Shown: positions 12,080 to 24,195 of the stretch, piece after piece
Numbering within the stretch: position 1 is the first letter of the stretch
Layout: every line of letters starts with the position of its first letter
Assembly (NCBI GenBank): GCA_000320545.1
Contig: ADNK01002317.1
Coordinates: forward strand, 1-35,902
Length of the DNA: 35,902 bases
Direction: 5' to 3'
Source: Bigelowiella natans CCMP2755
Lineage: Eukaryota > Protista > Cercozoa
Position numbers and translations under genes: made by a program
The notes under the pieces: model-generated
Seen by the model: the letters and a program-made list of their open reading frames with translations, nothing else
The model's database searches: none
What the model was told of the DNA's origin: nothing

Positions 12080-13008
12080 GACAGACAAATACACACATTC
12101 AATGGGAAATAACCCTCGAGATTAGGCTGCGCACTGAGTCGCAGAACTACTACGAGCAGTCATTTCGTGGTCATAATCCAACATTAACGCACATACCCGT
12201 CTGATAGCTCCGAGAAGCGAGCTGTTCCACATGCTAGAGCCATCACCGTCCTTCTCGGCGTGATTTCTACAGGAACTCCCTTTCTTCAGTGCCTCCTTAA
12301 AATCTGGCGCATGTGATCAGCAAGGCACATACGCGCACAAACAAACACCGACGTTATTCGAATAGAAGCAACGTGTCTGTTTTGGAGTGCTTTGTGTGCA
12401 TTTTATGCGGTGTAAAGCATTCACACTGCCCGACTCACCGATACCGTCGTCATCCGACAGCTCAATGGTCATGACATTCCCTCCTGCGATGTAGATAACC
12501 AAATATCGGTCAGCATGGGCAGCATCACCCTCCATCGACTACTCACGTTTCTCGCCGTTCTTGTTCTTGTTCTTCGTTTTCCTCTTCTTCCTCGGAGTTT
12601 CTTCCTCGTCCAAATCTGCGCTCGCGCCCGCCTTACTTCGAGCTGCTCGTCGTTTCTTGCTCTTATAATCAACAGTGCTCTCCTTCTCATTCCTCAAACT
12701 GGCTGGCGAGTACGCATCTTGCCCTCCTCCTCTACGCGTCTTACTCACAGGCTCGCACCCCCTCCTCGACCCTGTGATCTTCCTCAGATCACCTCGGAAG
12801 CAGGCGCAGCTACGACGTAAAAGCGAACAATCGGCACTTCGAAAGCAACAACGTAATGTGGGATGGTCCGAGGGGGGGGGGGATCATTTTCTTACCTGGA
12901 TATCGCTACGACGACGACCATCATAGTGACCGCAACTCCTAGGCCGCCTAGTTTGCAGCCCCTTTCCCCGAACGAGGCCCCCCTCCTCCTCCTCCTCCTC
13001 CTCCTCAT
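11799..13008 (-). CDS. Hypothetical protein with N-terminal hydrophobic signal/anchor and Lys/Arg-rich body (6 exons, ~245 aa)
   Basis: Exons 12896-13008, 12547-12809, 12439-12483, 12197-12303, 12114-12146 and 11799-11978 join through GT-AG introns with matching phases: MRRRRRRRRGASFGERGCKLGGLGVAVTMMVVVVAISSCACFRG...KKRKTKNKNKNGEK...MTIELSDDDG... No family recognised. Confidence 0.6.
11989..12074. repeat. Compound (CG)n(CA)n(GA)n microsatellite in an intron
   Basis: Directly visible. Related arrays lie at about 15684-15749, 17187-17257 and 25291-25402. Confidence 0.95.
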
Positions 13009-13220
13009 CGGCGGACGCGTGGGTCATGCATCCGCTGGAGTCGGATCCGTCCTGCAAACAACAACTGCAACAACTATCCAAGAGGATAAAATTATTTGGG
13101 CAAGATATCATGCTGAGAATAACCTAGATCGAATGCTGAAAGTTACCTTGTGTGCTCATTATAGGAGATTTTACCTGAAAACAAGCTCCCCACACCCACG
13201 TGACCCCTGCAAAGGAGCCC
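13009..13220. promoter_or_regulatory. Probable bidirectional promoter region
   Basis: Only 212 bp separate the predicted ATGs of the two divergent genes (13008 minus, 13221 plus). No specific motif was identified. Confidence 0.45.
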
Positions 13221-14666
13221 ATGCTGCATCACCAATGGTACGGGCGACGTGCCATTCGTGTCGTCACAAGGTAGCAGTAGCAGCAGCAGCAGTAGTAGTA
13301 GTAGTAGTAGTAATAGTAGTAGTTGTAGTAGTAGTAGCAGCAGCAGCAGCAGCGAACAAGGCCACTGGGGAAGGTGAGAAGAGATGGGTGGTGAGGCACG
13401 TATCAAAGAGGAATGGCTGCTTTGCATGTTTCCTCATCAACTTTTCTTGCACATAGGCCTCGATGTTTCATGAGGTATACGCCTTGTCGAGCTTCATCGT
13501 CTGTGACCCACACGGAGCGGAATGAAGGTAAGGGAGGGGGAGCAGCTGTACCTGGAATACGGGATGTCCCCGGTCGGGAGGAGATGTTAAAGAAGCTCAA
13601 GTGTGTGCAACAACAACAACAACAACATCCATCCACCTTCTCCTTCGACTAATCGACCATGTGTCCCCCTGAAAGCAAATGTTTCCCCCCCGTTTGAATT
13701 TGGAACGTCCTTTCTCTCTCTTTCCCCCAAACAAACATCTAGGAGCGGCGACGAGTTCGACATTCTGGTGATCGGAGGTGCGTACAACAGCTCAACACCT
13801 TAAAAAAAATCCTCAAGATGACGGGAGTTTTGACGAGCTTGTTGTGTATGCGCGCTTATATATGTGCGTGTGTTGATTGTCGTTTCTTTGAGTAGGAGGC
13901 GCTACAGGAGCTGGAGTGGCGGTCGATGCTGCGACAAGGGGACTCAAGGTGCTGCCGTTCATACATCATAGCGTTGATGGAAAGTACTGCACATGACGAA
14001 AATGCTGAAGAGAAGAGGAATATGTGCTTTCAGGTGGCTATGATCGAGCGGGAGGATTATGGGAGCGGAACGAGCTCACGCAGCACCAAGGTTGCTGATA
14101 CGATGGTTGCGCCACAATCGTTCTCCATGATATTTCCCCTTTTTAACTATCCGTCTGCTGCTGTCAACAACTTCCTAAACTTCAAATCCCTTCCGTAATG
14201 CTCCCCCCCCCCCGCGCCCGCCTTTACAGCTGTTATGGGCCGGAATTCGATATCTAGCCAATGCTTTCGCAGCTCTGTTTAGACCGAAGATGATCACGCA
14301 CCCCATCACCACGCTCAGGGTAGTTAGCCGTTGTGTGTGTCGTAGGCAGTTGTGGAGGGATGATATGATACAAGGATGAGCGTGCTGCAAGTCTGTTTGT
14401 GCATGTATGCCACGACGACGATAAATAAACAACAACAACAACAACAACAACAATACCGAACTTAGACGATTTGCCATATGATCCGACCCATCTTCCCTTA
14501 TGATCATACAGTCCATATATCTCTGCACATCATAAACCTACTTTTTCCGTGCCGTTGGTTCATATCATGACCTTCCTGTCCCCCACCTCTTCATTCGTTG
14601 TATTATCGCCATACCCACATACGTCAACGAGCTAGGCCTCTCTCCCTCTTTCTTTCACACACACAC

Positions 14667-14697
<31 letters not shown>

Positions 14698-14938
14698 GGG
14701 GTTTTATGATACTTTCAAGATGGTAATGGGCTGTCAGGTAGTCGGCTAATTAGAGTCATTGACCAAGAAACGCACGTCTCCCCTCTTTCCCCCCCCCCCC
14801 CCCCCTTGATCTGTCCAGAAAAAAGATCTCTTTCATTTTCCCACTCATGATGGCCTCCTGTCTGATTTGGATCTTGCAGCGTGAGCGCAACCACCTCCTC
14901 GCATCAGCCCCGCATCTGACCTATTGGGTACTACTATC

Positions 14939-14973
<35 letters not shown>

Positions 14974-15678
14974 ACCCGAAGTAACTAGACAGCTCATGAT
15001 GAGAGCGCTATCCAGGCGACGCTGCCGCCGTCCTTTCCCCAACTTGTTCCCCCCAACAGACAGGAGCGCCTCTCCAGTCGAGTCCCCACTATAAATAAAT
15101 AAATAAATATATATATATATATATCCGCCATTTTCACCACAAATCAGCGCAGCATGTGTGTGCCCGTCTAAAACGATGGCGATTTTGCCATCTTCACCAT
15201 GTGTGCAGATGCCGCTGGCCGTTCCCATCGATCGCTGGTTCATTTGGCCCCCCCCCATGAACTGCCCTCCTGCTGCATTCGGTGATTTCCATGTTTAATT
15301 TGTCGGGTTGAGAGTGTGTAAGGACCGCAAGCGATGGGAATCAAGAGAAGGGGATGAAATGCATAGCGCCGTTATATTCAAACTGTCTCTCCCGCTGTCA
15401 CTCTCTATGTTTTTCATCATCCTTAACCCCCCCTCCCCCTTAACATTCCTCGCTTTCTAAACTCACAGGGCCTTTGGGAGTGTACTGGATATTTTTCAAG
15501 TTCTACGATTTGTTGGCTAAGTTCTCATGCCCCCCCAGCTTTGCTATGAGGTGGGGAAAAGGGAAATGGAGAAGGGGGGGGACGGAGAATTGAGTAGATA
15601 TGGATTTTTTTTTCCTTCGTTGTTTTGTTTCTCTTTGTTTGTTGATGCATACTATTGGAACACCGTTTGTTCGGATCG

Positions 15679-15751
<73 letters not shown>

Positions 15752-16930
15752 TTTTAACTCACTTTTACGTCGATATTATGCATATTAGCAAATCGAGGCT
15801 GCTCCGCGAATTTCCACAGCTCTCCCACAGCCTCAAATACGCAATGGTCTTCGCCGTCGTTCCCCCCTACCCCTGCATATATGAGCCTGGCATTTGCAGA
15901 TTCATACAACACACGATTCATTTGCGCGTAAATATACACGGGGGATGGCCGATGTGCCTTTTGCGACGCTGCCATTGCTCATATCTATATTACATGAAAT
16001 GCACTCAAAAGGTGTTCTACGAGGGCCAGCATAACGACTCGAGGACCAACATCGCTATCGCTCTTACTGCAGGTAATAATACCCCTGCAGCTTATAATAT
16101 GCTCCTTGAGAAAGCCATGCTTCCGTGCCGTCATATATTGATTGATATCCCCTCCCCCCCCTCCCCCCCCCCTTCCCCCTTCACGTACAGCTGAAAACGG
16201 AGCTACTGTGTTGAATCACGCTGAGGTGGCGAAGCTTCACAAGGCGCCGGGAGGGGGTAATACATGCAATGTGGCAGCAGCTGGTTCGAATGGATATCTA
16301 CCGATCGACTTCAAGAATAGCGGAAATAATACACAACACCGCCATTTCTAAAAAAGCTTGATTCATGACGAAAGCGCGCACACACACACACACACACAAT
16401 CGCATAACTTATCAGCTGTGTATATATCATTAGAGAGATTGATCGGAATTCTTTCCGAATGGGGGGGGGGGGGAGGGAGGAGATGAGTATCTCTCAATCT
16501 CTGATACATCAATAACCCCTGCCCAGACGGCACTGTTTCAGGCGCGGTCGTTAGAGATTTGATCACGAACGAAGAGATCACGATAAAGTTGGATAGTGCC
16601 TTCAATTTATCTTCTTTGGACAAAAACAAACAAACTATTTCTCTAATATTCTCGCGATTGATGAAAATCAGGTGCAAGTCCGTTGTGATGTGCGGCGGTC
16701 CCTTCACCGACGAGCTACGCGATATGGAAGACGAGGAGGAGGGGGAGGGGAAGGAGAAGGTGGCTTCAAAGGTCATCAACGGAGCTGCAGGAACTCACGT
16801 CGTTCTTCCAGGGTATTTTGCTTTGCCGCTTGAAGAGTCAAGAATGGAATGAGAAATAGGGGCAAGGGAAGGAGGAATACCATCATTTAGATCTAATGTA
16901 TTTTTGCATATGATATAATATTATTAGTGC

Positions 16931-16990
<60 letters not shown>

Positions 16991-17181
16991 TTGTGTGTGG
17001 AGTATGCCGTCACCGTCTACTGCCGATTCATCATGACAAAATCATCGTAGGTATCTGTGCCCAAGGAACTGCGGCATGGTCAGTGAGAGGAGATGAGGGG
17101 GGGGGAGGAGGAAGAAGAGGAAGATGGCGAAGAAGAAGATGAGGAGGAGGAGGAGGAGAAGGAGGAGAGAGTGCAAGCGAT

Positions 17182-17260
<79 letters not shown>

Positions 17261-17599
17261 TGTAAGATGGCGTAAACACAAGTGAAAAACCATATGATAG
17301 TGCGCAATAAAACCTGATAGGTTGATATGGCGACGAGCGACGGCAGAATTCTCTTCTATCTTCCGTGGGAAGGTGGCCAGTACATTACTGCTGCTGCTGC
17401 TGCTATTAATGATGATAATGATAATTACAATAGCAATAATACTACAAGGCGGATGGTTGTAGCAGTTCTAGTAGAAATAGTAAAAGTAGTACGTAATAGT
17501 TCTGGAACTAGATATCACCGTTGTTTCTCCTTCCACATCGGAGTCGCGCCTTACATGGGAATGGTTCTCGTCGGGTATCTTCTCGCCACCGCATGATCG

Positions 17600-17638
<39 letters not shown>

Positions 17639-19743
17639 GTGTATTCAAATCAATGATGCTTAGGCCATACGTTGGTGGGCACAACGGATGTGAAGTGTGA
17701 TGTAACCGACAGGTTATTCTTCTTCTTCCTCTTCCTTTCCTCTCCCTTTATCAATGTATTGATTTGCTCTTCCATTTTCTTATTCATTTTTTCCTTTGTT
17801 CATTTGCCCTCCCTCCCCCTCGTACACACACACACACACATCCAGGCCTATTCCGACGGAAGAGGAAATCGATTGGATCATAGGAGAGACCAACAACTAT
17901 CTAACGTAAGAGGGCGGCTGTCTTTATTCAATACTTACAATCATGAAAAATAAGCAGCTCTTACTCCTCACACTTGAAGCAGCCTTTCGAATATTTGAAA
18001 TGACCCCAATGCCCACCCTTTCGCTGGCTTCTCATCACTTTCACTATCATCATCATCATCATCATTATCATTATCATCATCATTATCATCATCATCACAA
18101 TCTTCACTATCATCATTCTTATCCCTAACATATCATCACGATACTCCATGAATTACATACAGTCCAGAATGCCAAGTAACAAGGAAGGACGTCCTCTCGG
18201 TAATACCTCAATGGGTTATAGAGTGGATGAGAGAAGAGAGTGATAATAACGAAGATTATTAATGATGATGATGATGAGCGATAAGAAGATACAATCTCTG
18301 ACCCTCCCCCCTTATTTCCTTAAATTGCTGAAGGCTTGGAGCGGTATCCGCCCCCTTGCTGTCGACCCACACGCTGGTAAGTAAGATCATCCTCCTCTAC
18401 ATCATCATCATCATCAGCAGCAGCAAAATCGCCATCTTCATGCACATCTTAGAAGAGATCCTCAGCGAATAACTATAGCGATCCTGCCGCCAAAGTCACC
18501 CGCGCTCTTGCGTCAACAACGATTTGAGGGAGGAGCGACACTTCAATTGTAACCTCTGTGTTTTCCCTGCATGCCCGCCTCCTCCTTTCCTTACAAACGC
18601 TGCAGACCCCAACGCTCCTGCAAGCCGCGACCACGTCGTCAGTGTCAACCCGAAGACAAAAGCGGTACACACTCCCTCCCACTTGGCCTCGAGAGAAACA
18701 CCCACAGCCGCGATAGGCATCGCGCGCGCGCACACACACACACACACTCACTCACTCACACACACATACTCGCATGTATCATACAATCACGCGTAATATT
18801 ACATCTAGGTGTTCGTTGCGGGGGGCAAATGGACCACGTATCGTGAGATGGCGGAGGTAGTAAGAACGAGCGCCTTTCCTCTCAGCGCCGTTGTGCATGG
18901 TGTCTAATTGAAGCGAAATCGCTCTGTAACCCTCCTCGCCACACAACTACTATCAGGACGCCATCGACAACCTGCTTCAAGTTCACCCAGATCTCGCGGC
19001 AAAAGCATCGTACTTTATTTCCTTTTAAGAAGAGAGAGAGGATGGTGTTGACGACGATGATGGTCATTACGGTGGTGGTGGTGGTGTGAAGAGCTCGCTC
19101 TCAGTCTACTTAGAAGAGGAGGGGGGGAAACCAAAATAAAGCAAATCATCTTCGTCGCAAACTTGATTTGATAATGAGTTATATCCTAATCGCAGAAGCT
19201 GCAAGTCTCTCTCAGTGCCGTTGCTAGGGGCAGAGGGCTACTGCCGCACCTTGCCGATTCAGCTCTCTAAATCCTTTAATTTGCCCATCCAGGTTAGGAG
19301 GTTGCTAAACTAGGTTATCTTGATAAAGAAGGGGGGGGGGGGGGGGGGGGAGAGAAGAAGATGGTGATGATGAAATTGTGGAAATAATAACGATGACGAC
19401 GACGATGATGATGAAAAATGATCATGCGTACGAGATACGTCTAAATTGAAGATGAATTCTCTTCCTGCAAAATCGATTTCGAAAGGGGAAAAAGGGATGT
19501 TTCCGCCAACAAATCAGCACGTAGAACATAGTCCCCGATCTGACCGTTTCTTGCTGCTACAACCGATGATACTCATCAGGTTTGCGAGCACTTAGCTCGC
19601 GACTACGGCGGGCGTGCCGCCGATGTATGCGCTCTCATCGGTGCGATCAAATGGGTTTTAAATGCGTGATGCTGGGATTTCATGTGTATGTGTGTATATT
19701 TGGTAGTATACGTCTCCTTGCTACAATTCTTCTTTCTTCTACA

Positions 19744-19777
<34 letters not shown>

Positions 19778-20592
19778 CACTTCCTCTGTCTTCACACACC
19801 ACGCAGGCGACGCTGTTGCTACTGAGGAGGGCGACCCAAGACTATTAGCAGCGGGATATCCTTATCTAAAAGCAGAAGTGCGCTACGCATGCAGGGAACA
19901 TGCAAGGACAGTGGAGGACATCATTTCGAGGTAGTGATATAAAAGATTATGGTCATTACTGGATATATACTTTTGCGTCAGTATACATCACACTCACGCT
20001 CGGAGCTAGATGCAATTCACAACGATAAACGTACCCTATCTCTTACTAGACGAACGCGGTTGGCATACCTCAACGTCAAGGACGCGCAGAAGGTACTCTA
20101 TGAAGATCGGAGGAGGAGGAGGAGAAGGAGGAGGGGGAGGAGGAGAAGGGGGAAAGGAGGAGAAGAAAGGGTTGAAGGAAGAGAGTTGAACACGTAATAG
20201 AAAATTATACGCACAACATTTACTCCTTTGTTGTTCTCTAGGCTATTCCTATCGTTGCTGAGATCATGGCCGAGGAATTAAGTAAGTTAGCGAAAACAAT
20301 TATGATTCTAAAACAGAATCTGATATTCGCACATCGCTCTCTTTGCGCCATTCTCCCGATTATTAGTTTGAGCTTCATCAATGTAAATTAGTCGGCACAG
20401 TAACATAGGGAATACGTGCAAAACACTATAATTGTGTGTGAGCCCGTTCTGACACAACTGTACACGATTTGTCTAGGGTGGAACGTGGAGGAAACCCAAA
20501 AGCAAATGGTTGATGCTGCAGCTTTTCTCGACACATTTGCCGGTCCGGAACCCGCCATAGCAACAACACCAGCTGCGTCTAAAGCCGTTTGA
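13221..20592 (+). CDS. GPD2: Mitochondrial FAD-dependent glycerol-3-phosphate dehydrogenase (~30 short exons)
   Basis: Spliced motifs: transit-like [181 protein letters not shown]; stop TGA at 20590-20592. No C-terminal EF-hand extension. Confidence 0.96.
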
Positions 20593-20619
20593 CATGTGTG
20601 GCATGGGGTTAGAAGACAT

Positions 20620-21350
20620 GCAATGTACGTTGTTGAATGTGTGAAGTTTGGACAGTGAAGTTAGGATATGCAATTGTTGTGTCGGATACTATGAGTACAT
20701 CTCCATGCATGTGGGCAATCCCTGCGTCGCGAGCATCGTCGCGCGTTTGGAAACGTGCGATGTGAGCTGCTAAGACGAAACGCGCGACGTGATATGCTAA
20801 GACGTCACAAAAAACAACACAAAAATTGTATGCATGACTAGCAATGGCGTAGATGCTCACGGCATATTGTTGACAAAGCAGATTTTGCTTTGTGCCTCAC
20901 ACTACACGGATTTCAAATTGCCTCTTTGCATTGTCCATCGCTTTGAATGCATCTTCACCGAGCAGCATGGTTTTGTGATGAATGCAGTGCGCGGTGTCCC
21001 TGTTATGCTGGCATGGAATCGCTAGATCACAGCGTGCATCGCCAGCTGCTCCAGCTGATGGCGAAATCCTTTCAATGCATTTGAGCATGCTTTCTTGCCA
21101 TGGCATGCAAAACAAACAATGCTGCATCACCATCAATGGAAACATGCAGGGCACTCATCGTAGCTCTCGTAGCTCTGCGGACGCACATCGAATCATAAAA
21201 GAAGAATCTGCTCTGAGTCAGATCCCGCCTAGGCAATGCAAAGACAAACAGGCAGAATGAGGAATCATGCTGCATGCATGATGCAGCGCGTGCCAGCGTG
21301 TTTGCTGCGTGCCAGCGTGCGTGTGGGAAATTGAATGCATGGCGAGGCTC
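20620..21350. other. CATG/TGCA-rich intergenic block, possible decayed repeat or TE relic
   Basis: Dense gcatgc/tgcatg words and no splice-consistent ORF. Similar texture at 1-310 and 28050-28600. Confidence 0.4.
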
Positions 21351-21857
21351 TACTAGTCTAGAGGCTATTCACAATCACATGAACGTTTACAACCCTCCGA
21401 TCGCAACTAGTGGTTAAGTAGTGGATGATTGTCAGCGAATCTCGAACGAAACCTCCTTGAAACCAATGTGAGATTCTGTGATCCCATCTCACCCTCCGCA
21501 CACATTTCCATGCACAGCAATTCCATTCAAAACCAACATTGATAGTCAAGCGAACATCGATACATTTCAAACGATCTCAATCAAGCAGCTCACAACCTCC
21601 CCTACCCCTTCCATCTTGCGATCGCACCGATGAGGATGTCGAAAGCAGCACGGAGGTCAACATGCAAGATGGCATGGATTCACGACATTTTGCTAGCAGC
21701 AAGTCGAAAAAAGGCATGCCGCAGCTCACGAATGACCTAAACTTTAGACAAATTATTGTTGTCGTCGCCATGGGAAACCTACTTGGAGCGACAGCTTAGT
21801 CAACGAGCACCCGCATGGAATTTGGGAAATGCATCAGGGTGGGAACCACTAGGGCAA

Positions 21858-21945
21858 TGTCCGGACAAAATCCGGACAAACACATGGACAATGCACCTTC
21901 CAGGTTTTGTCCAGGTTTTGTCCAGGTTTTGTCCAGGTTTTGTCC
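21858..21945. repeat. 11-bp unit array: TCCAGGTTTTG x4 facing 2-3 inverted related units (TCCGGACAAAA)
   Basis: Direct copies start at 21899, 21910, 21921 and 21932. Inverted copies start at 21860 and 21871, with a degenerate third near 21882. Confidence 0.9.
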
Positions 21946-22438
21946 CAAAACCCAGAAAAAAGTCACTTTAAACTCAGCCCAAAGTAATTAATGGTTGCGA
22001 CAACAACATCCAAACCATTCTTCTAGATCTTCCTACTCTTCCCACTCATAATAATGATATGCGACAAAACACCAAGGAGCTCTTCAGTGCTTCCCCAATT
22101 TCCACAGATAGAATACAAAAAAATTCTTGTGACAATGGATAATCATTGTCGCAAGTGTAATATTCCAAGCGAAACCGAAATTTTGACGATTCCTTCAAAT
22201 GCTCTTTTCGAGCCCCTTCCCTTCACTAGTGAAGCTCTCTCCGGAAGAGATTGATAAGGAGCATCCAGTCTGGTACGTTGTAGTTCCAGTCACGGCACCT
22301 ACAATAGTAAATTTATCAATAGGAGAAACTAGAAAATTATTATTAGAACAAAATAATACAAGTTACATGACTATGATTACAATTTGAAGTCTGGGTCTAT
22401 TTTTATGATGAACGGTTGATCTTCACAGCTTCACAAAG

Positions 22439-23958
22439 ATGGTGAGACACAGGGCGGCCTTGGTGCTCGTCGCCATGTCATTGTGTAGCTTGCCGTCAAC
22501 AGGTTCAGCGAAGGTTACGCTGCCGAAAGGGTGAACAAAATAACTTAAAACTCGACGCCCATTCCCTTCTGACACCTAACCAAATTCATCGAATTCATCG
22601 AACGTTTCGCAGTCGTCTTTGCAAATTCACCCATCGCTCAATGTAGGTCCCCTACTTGCCCGTGCGTGGATCCATATCCATTTATGGAAGGCGTAGAGAG
22701 GAGACTTGTCGGAACAGAGGATGAATGTATAGTTACGAGCTATGGATGGTGTCGAAGCTCGTGGTTGTGGCTCGACTGGCAGAAACACTTACGACTGTTG
22801 GACGTCCTAATGAGATCACGAACAATATCACAGATTCAACACTAGATCTAGTTGAAGGAATCATAGATTCTTACGATGGAAACTCGTTCTTAGCAGAAGA
22901 GGAGATAAGTACTGTCACAGCAGCGAGTCTACCGAGATCATGGAACTATGGAGGGAGCGGATGCGGATTCTATGATAGGGATCGAGAGCCACGATGTATC
23001 GATGGCCAAGGCAACCCACTTGCGGTGCTTCTCGCGTGAAAACAAAAGCATGAAGTCTTTGCATTAGCATTGAATTTAAGATAAAGTTATCCGTTGGCTC
23101 AGCGTGCACGTAGAATACCATCGCCATCTCCTCCTCATGTGCTCCTCCTCTTTCCCTCACCCCATTTTTAGAACCGAGGGGCATGGTGCGATCAAGCTTG
23201 GTGCTACGTTGATGTCGATAACTGCGATAGACGGCCAGTGGAGACATCGACGCTCTCGGGCGCGATTTACAATAGAACTGCTTTGAACTCTAGCCTCACG
23301 CCCAGCAGCTTGTACTATAGCTACGAGACATGTGGCTACCTCAACTATTTCAGTGTTGACCCGCATGAGAAAACTCTGAGAGACTTGCCAGCTTTGCGCG
23401 TGAGCTTTCCTGGCGACAGCGGGTCGGGATATACCGTTGTCACGAAGGGTTGTTTGTTGCTGATGGTGATAAATGACATGATAAGAGGAGCAGAGTGAAT
23501 AGTCGCTTGCATCCATTTTTTTAATTAGCACGCAATTATTAGTCCTCCTTGGCGATGACAGCAACATCATCACCATAATCATCATCATCATCATCCTCAT
23601 CATTATTAGCACCCATAAATGAATTCTTTCAGCTGATGGGTCAAAGGCCGGATCGATCGTGGAATTCATGCTCGATGTGTTCCAGATATACGACATCGAA
23701 TATACGATTGTCAACGTGTCTCAAGCTGCGCGAAACTTCTCCCCAAGCTCTTCCTACACCGCGTGCGGATACGAGGTGTTCCTTATAACTAAAAGAAACA
23801 CAGAGCCTTTTCAGAAGCCATTCGATGGCACTTAAACAGCGATAATAGGGGCACGCAACATGGCATCATTTTCGAGCGTAAATTCGTATCGAAATGTACA
23901 GATTTCACGTACAAAACTATATGCAGCTGCTATCTGAATTGGAATCGTATTTCACACC

Positions 23959-23998
<40 letters not shown>

Positions 23999-24160
23999 CG
24001 ATTATCGCCACATCAGGTGGCATTGAATGGCACTGATTTGTGCATTAGGAACTTCTGGACGACGGATAGCCGCAGGGAGTTTGTGGACTTTTCAGGCGCG
24101 ATCTACGTGTAAGTTGCTGCAGATGCTTGGGTCGATGAAGGGTTGCAATAGGCGGTTGAG

Positions 24161-24195
<35 letters not shown>

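Noticed and set aside
19331-19350. Poly-G/poly-C tracts as regulatory G-quadruplexes
   Set aside because: They are common in many introns here on both strands, and homopolymer lengths are error-prone; nothing indicates a specific function.
21899-21945. Repeat array as CRISPR or telomere
   Set aside because: Units are contiguous 11-mers without spacers, the context is eukaryotic, and the unit is not a telomeric repeat I recognise.
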